DNA from: a bacterium
Lineage (GTDB): Bacteria; CLD3; SB21
Reading direction: 5' to 3'
NCBI GenBank assembly: GCA_031402315.1
Contig: JANNSF010000200.1
Coordinates: 1 to 32,802 of the forward strand
Length of the DNA stretch: 32,802 nt
In this document: positions 28,996 to 32,802 of the stretch, one piece after another
How positions within the stretch are numbered: the stretch's first letter is position 1
How the letters are laid out: each line of letters starts with the position of its first letter
The notes under the pieces: model-generated
Seen by the model: only the letters and a program-made list of their open reading frames with translations
Database searches by the model: none
Told to the model about the DNA's origin: nothing
Made by a program: the position numbers and the translations under genes

Positions 28996-29302
28996 TGAAT
29001 ATCAATCTAAGAATCGGTTTATATGAACGGTTGTATCTCGTTTACGAAGAAACAAGATAATGTTTCATGGAGAAAGATGCGTGAAAGATTCTGTAAACCG
29101 GAGTTGACGTTTCAAAAACGGCACTAGAAGCGATTTGGGAGGAAGCTGGAGTATGGCGCTGTTCTGATTGCCATGTCCGCAATAAATGGCAAAGGTTCAC
29201 AAGAATTATGGTTGTAATTGAGCATGGCTAAAATGTATTTAGTTAAGATGGGTGTCCGACCTGAATGTGTATTGAGAAAATTTTCAAATTAACAAAAATC
29301 AG

Positions 29303-29331
29303 TTGACTCTGTTGAGTTTATCGGTTATTAT
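29303..29331 (+). promoter_or_regulatory. sigma70-like promoter candidate for thrS operon (TTGACT-N17-TATTAT)
   Basis: TTGACT at 29303-29308 and TATTAT at 29326-29331 with 17-nt spacing, about 110 nt upstream of the thrS start. The leader contains a hairpin CGUCCGC-A7-GCGGGCG. Confidence 0.4.
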
Positions 29332-29438
29332 GGCCGCCGTTAGTATATAAAATACGTCCGCAAAAAAAGCGGGCGAACCTGATAACCTGACGTTTCCCGT
29401 GAACGATCAGAAGTTAATAATAATCAAGGTCAAAGAAG

Positions 29439-31373
29439 TTGTCTGAAGTCAAAATCACATTTCCCGATAAAAGTGTTCGTTCCTACGAAGCCGGCGTGAC
29501 GCCGATGGCGATCGCGCAATCCATTTCACGCGGCCTTTCCGAAAAATGTCTTGTTGCCGAGGTGAATGGAAAACAACTGGATCTCTCGACTCCCATTACA
29601 GACAATTCGGAAATCAAGCTATTTACGGCCGATTCATCGGAAGGGATGAATACGTTTTGGCATTCGTCGGCGCATGTAATGGCGCAAGCGGTGAAACGCC
29701 TCTGGCCTGAAGCGAAATTTGAAGACGGCCCTCCTACCGAAGCCGGATTTTTCTATGATATTTTCTTGACACATAAAATCAGCTCGGAAGATTTTCCCAA
29801 GATCGAAGCCGAGATGGAAAAAATTGCAAAAGAAAAATTTTCTTTTTCGCGTAAAGAACTTTCGCGTACAGAAGCGATCGAATTGTTTTCTTCGATCGGC
29901 CAGGATTTCAAAATTGATATTATCAAAAATGTTCCCGAAGGCGCGGTAATCAGTTCCTATACACAGGGCGAATTCACGGATCTCTGCCGCGGGCCGCACG
30001 TGCCGAATACAAGCTATCTCAAAGCATTTAAAATCATGTCGGTGGCAGGTGCTTTTTTTAAGGGTGACGAAAACAATATTCAGCTCCAACGCCTTCGTGC
30101 GATTAGTTTTCCGTCCAAGAAGTTATTGGACGAATATTTGGTTCTTTTGGAAGAAGCTAAGAAACGCGATCATCGTAAACTCGGACAGGAACTTGAGCTA
30201 TTTCACATCACCCCCAAAGTTGGCGGAGGTCTGCCGCTCTGGCTTCCCAATGGAACGGTCATTCGTGAGACACTCATTGACTTCTTACGCGAAGAGCAGC
30301 GCAAGATAGGCTATAGCGGTGTGGTGACACCAAATATCGGCAGTCTGGAACTGTATAAAACATCAGGACATTATCCGTACTATAAAGATTCACAATATCC
30401 ACCGCTCACTTTGGGCGATGGAGAGCAATATCTTCTGAAGCCCATGAATTGCCCGCATCATCACCAGATTTACGATTCCAAGCCGCGCAGTTATAAAGAA
30501 TTGCCGGTGCGTCTATCCGAGTTCGGTACCGTCTATCGCTACGAGCAGTCCGGTGAACTTAATGGACTGTCGCGCGTTCGCGGATTTACGGTCGACGATG
30601 CGCACATATATTGCCGGCACGACCAATTGAAAGACGAAATCAAAAGTGTAATCGGTTTGACACAATTGGTTTTCAAATCTTTTAAGATGAACGTTTCGAT
30701 CCGCTTATCCTTTCGAGATGATAACGATGCGAAATACGGCGGTGAAAAATCCAATTGGGATCAGGCGCAGCGCGAATTGCAAGAGGTCGCCGACGAAATG
30801 GGTCTTGACTATTTTATTGGCCTTGGCGAGGCCGCGTTTTACGGACCTAAAATTGATTTTATCGTCAAAGACGCTTTAGGCCGTAAATGGCAACTTGGAA
30901 CGGTACAAGTCGACTATGTCATGCCGGAGCGATTTAAGCTGGAATACATTGGCTCGGACGGTCAAAAACACCGCCCTGTTATTATACATCGTGCACCGTT
31001 TGGTTCGTTGGAACGGTTCTTGAGTCTTTTAATCGAACACTTTGCCGGGAATTTTCCGGTCTGGATTGCACCCGTACAAGTGGCCATTTTGCCTATTTCC
31101 GATAGCCACATTGCGTATGCGGAAGCTCTCAAAGCGAAGCTATTGTCGCAAAAGATTCGTGTTCAAATAGACACGCGTAATGAGAAAATCGGCTACAAAA
31201 TTCGTGAAGCGGAAGTAAAGAAAATCCCATACATCCTCGTTCTTGGCGATAAAGAAGTGCAAAACGGTTCCATCGCCATTCGCCGCCATGGAAAAGGGGA
31301 TCAGGGGACAAAACCCGTGGATGAATTTATGACTATGATTATCGATCAAATAGTAACGCGATCTTTAGAATAA
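29439..31373 (+). CDS. thrS: threonine--tRNA ligase
   Basis: N-terminal TGS domain KITFPDKSVRSYEAGVTPMAIAQSIS aligns with E. coli ThrRS. Second-domain HSSAHVMAQA; class II core with Zn site CPHHHQIY; anticodon-binding C-terminus. TTG start at 29439 after a purine-rich AAGGTCAAAGAAG. Confidence 0.9.
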   Translation: MSEVKITFPDKSVRSYEAGVTPMAIAQSISRGLSEKCLVAEVNGKQLDLSTPITDNSEIKLFTADSSEGMNTFWHSSAHVMAQAVKRLWPEAKFEDGPPTEAGFFYDIFLTHKISSEDFPKIEAEMEKIAKEKFSFSRKELSRTEAIELFSSIGQDFKIDIIKNVPEGAVISSYTQGEFTDLCRGPHVPNTSYLKAFKIMSVAGAFFKGDENNIQLQRLRAISFPSKKLLDEYLVLLEEAKKRDHRKLGQELELFHITPKVGGGLPLWLPNGTVIRETLIDFLREEQRKIGYSGVVTPNIGSLELYKTSGHYPYYKDSQYPPLTLGDGEQYLLKPMNCPHHHQIYDSKPRSYKELPVRLSEFGTVYRYEQSGELNGLSRVRGFTVDDAHIYCRHDQLKDEIKSVIGLTQLVFKSFKMNVSIRLSFRDDNDAKYGGEKSNWDQAQRELQEVADEMGLDYFIGLGEAAFYGPKIDFIVKDALGRKWQLGTVQVDYVMPERFKLEYIGSDGQKHRPVIIHRAPFGSLERFLSLLIEHFAGNFPVWIAPVQVAILPISDSHIAYAEALKAKLLSQKIRVQIDTRNEKIGYKIREAEVKKIPYILVLGDKEVQNGSIAIRRHGKGDQGTKPVDEFMTMIIDQIVTRSLE

Positions 31374-31393
31374 CCAAACAAGGAGAAACGACC

Positions 31394-31918
31394 ATCGCAA
31401 AAGAAGACAAAATCAGGATCAACGAAAAAATCAAAACGCCAAAAGTGCGTTTGATAGGCGCCGAAGGCGAGCAAATTGGTATTGTGGACATTCAATTCGC
31501 TATTCAAAAGGCACGCGAAGCAAACCTCGACCTGCTGGAGATCGTACCGAATGCGGAGCCTCCGGTTTGTAAGATCATAGATTTTGGAAAATATCGATAC
31601 GAAATTCAAAAGCGTGAAAAAGAAGCGCGAAAAAAACATACGCACACGGGGGAAGTTAAAGAGATTCGCATGCGCCCGGTCACCGACGATCACGATTATA
31701 CATTCAAAATGAAGCATGCGATTAATTTCCTCAAAGAAGGATTTAAGGTCAAATTAGTCATCGTGTATAAGGGGCGGGAAATTGCCAATCGCGATGCCGG
31801 TACGGCTCTGGCAGCCAAAATGGTCGAAGATCTTCTGCCCTACGGGAAGTTGGATGCGGATATGAAATTTGAAGGTCGAAATATGGTGATGATTTTTATC
31901 AAAAATACGGCGAAGTAA
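31394..31918 (+). CDS. infC: translation initiation factor IF-3 with a non-AUG (ATC) initiation codon
   Basis: IF-3 N-terminal and C-terminal domains (VRLIGAEGEQIGIV, LDLLEIVPNAEPPVCKIIDFGKYRYE, KVKLVIVYKGREIANRDAGTAL). The frame is open from 31325 with no ATG/GTG/TTG before the GTG at 31445. An AAGGAG RBS at 31380-31385 is followed 8 nt later by ATC at 31394, matching the known AUU/AUC/AUA autoregulatory starts of infC. Confidence 0.7.
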   Translation: MAKEDKIRINEKIKTPKVRLIGAEGEQIGIVDIQFAIQKAREANLDLLEIVPNAEPPVCKIIDFGKYRYEIQKREKEARKKHTHTGEVKEIRMRPVTDDHDYTFKMKHAINFLKEGFKVKLVIVYKGREIANRDAGTALAAKMVEDLLPYGKLDADMKFEGRNMVMIFIKNTAK

Positions 31919-31964
31919 TTTTTACTCCGCCCAGCGAACGATATAACAAACTAAAGGAGAATAT

Positions 31965-32162
31965 ATGCCGAAAATGAAAACCAACAGTGGTGCAAAAAAA
32001 CGTTTCCAAGTAACGGGCAAAGGAAAATTGCTCCGCAGAAAAGCGTCCAATCGCCACAATCTGAGCGCGAAGTCGAACGCCTGTAAACGCAATCTCGGAG
32101 GCAAAGTCGCCGTATCCGTTTCCGACGAATCGCGGGTTGCGCATTTGCTGGGAATGAAATAA
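31965..32162 (+). CDS. rpmI: 50S ribosomal protein L35
   Basis: MPKMKTNSGAKKRFQVTGKGKLLRR is the L35 signature; AAAGGAGAA RBS. Confidence 0.9.
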   Translation: MPKMKTNSGAKKRFQVTGKGKLLRRKASNRHNLSAKSNACKRNLGGKVAVSVSDESRVAHLLGMK

Positions 32163-32195
32163 TTAAAAATTAAAATAAAAAATTAGGAGACGACC

Positions 32196-32549
32196 ATGCC
32201 TCGTTCAACAAACAATCCGGCGTCCAAAGCCCGTCGCAAGAAAATATTCAAACAAGCCAAAGGAAATTTTGGCAAGCGTAAAAACGTGCTCCGCACGGCG
32301 ATCGAAACCGTCGAAAAGGGAATGACCTATGCGACACGCGATCGCAAAGCCAATAAACGTAATTTTCGTTCGCTCTGGATTGTCCGTATCAATGCGGCCG
32401 TCCGTGAGCACGGCATGACCTACTCCCGTTTTGTGGCCGCCCTCAAAAAAGCCAACGTGGATGTCAATCGCAAAATGCTGGCCGATCTCGCCATGAATGA
32501 TCAGGCGGCGTTTGGAAAACTAATTGAAGTTGCGAAAACGGCCCTATAA
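32196..32549 (+). CDS. rplT: 50S ribosomal protein L20
   Basis: MPRSTNNPASKARRKKIFKQAKG...RSLWIVRINAAVRE is the L20 signature; TTAGGAGA RBS. Confidence 0.9.
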   Translation: MPRSTNNPASKARRKKIFKQAKGNFGKRKNVLRTAIETVEKGMTYATRDRKANKRNFRSLWIVRINAAVREHGMTYSRFVAALKKANVDVNRKMLADLAMNDQAAFGKLIEVAKTAL

Positions 32550-32574
32550 GGTTGTTTCATTAAAGATTCAAAAA

Positions 32575-32605
32575 GGCTGTCCCGAAATGGACAGCCTTTT
32601 ATTTT
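32575..32605 (+). terminator. rho-independent terminator of thrS-infC-rpmI-rplT operon
   Basis: Stem GGCTGTCC (32575-32582), loop CGAAAT, stem GGACAGCC (32589-32596), followed by TTTTATTTT. Confidence 0.8.
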
Positions 32606-32710
32606 CTTGACCACGTGGCGTTATTTTGTGTATGTTGGAATACATGCTTATGGTGGTTTCAATCACGTGTCTTTTTCGACAGATTGAATCGGTCTTCTTA
32701 ATAGGAAGTT

Positions 32711-32802
32711 ATGAAATTAAAAATATTCGCCGGTCTTCTATTCGTCGGCCTGGCTTGTGAAAAACCGCAAGTGCCGGAATTTACCGCCCTTCTTAAAGTT
32801 CC
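32711..32802 (+). CDS. 5' end of a lipoprotein gene (runs off window)
   Basis: ATG at 32711 after AGGAAG. MKLKIFAGLLFVGLACEKP is a lipoprotein signal with Cys. The frame is open to the window edge. Confidence 0.4.
   Translation, partial: MKLKIFAGLLFVGLACEKPQVPEFTALLKV

Noticed and set aside
28996-29438. T-box or other riboswitch upstream of thrS
   Set aside because: No T-box specifier/antiterminator consensus (AGGGUGGNACCGCG-like) found by eye; only a generic hairpin.
1-32802. Mobile elements, integrases, tRNA/rRNA genes, restriction-modification or toxin-antitoxin pairs
   Set aside because: No transposase/integrase-like ORF, inverted terminal repeats, tRNA-like cloverleaf signatures or typical TA/RM gene pairs were detectable.

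Overview
This 32.8-kb window looks like a chromosomal region of an FCB-superphylum bacterium (Bacteroidota/Ignavibacteriota-like). The basis is a canonical T9SS C-terminal sorting domain, many lipoprotein and outer-membrane beta-barrel signals, about 45% GC, and a mix of SD-like RBSs with TTG/GTG starts. Note that the supplied ORF track translates alternative starts as M, and several true starts are internal. No rRNA, tRNA, CRISPR or transposase/integrase was found. The 3' end carries the conserved housekeeping operon thrS-infC-rpmI-rplT, where infC has a non-AUG (ATC) start. The rest is an accessory-looking mix.
(1) A secreted discoidin + 2xDM9 + FAMeT-like (Methyltransf_FA) protein.
(2) A surface/secretion island: a frameshifted beta-helix gene, a 1089-aa T9SS cargo protein with near-identical 231-bp tandem repeats and four FN3 modules, a lipoprotein and an OM barrel.
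(3) A tandem pair of Ddl-like ATP-grasp ligases, the second fused to a C-terminal SET-domain methyltransferase. This is my best candidate for an undescribed protein/peptide ligation-methylation system.
(4) A tight operon of two short di-heme cytochrome c peroxidase/MauG-like lipoproteins, an OM beta-barrel and a type-1-copper cupredoxin.
(5) A minus-strand operon: a Trm112-like zinc-ribbon/class I SAM methyltransferase, a small unknown protein, a lipoprotein and an HI0933-family flavoprotein.
Also present: a YcaQ/AlkZ-like fragment, GNAT, EamA transporter, YqhA, Hbd, DUF4349, RluA, SPFH, class II GATase and a photolyase.
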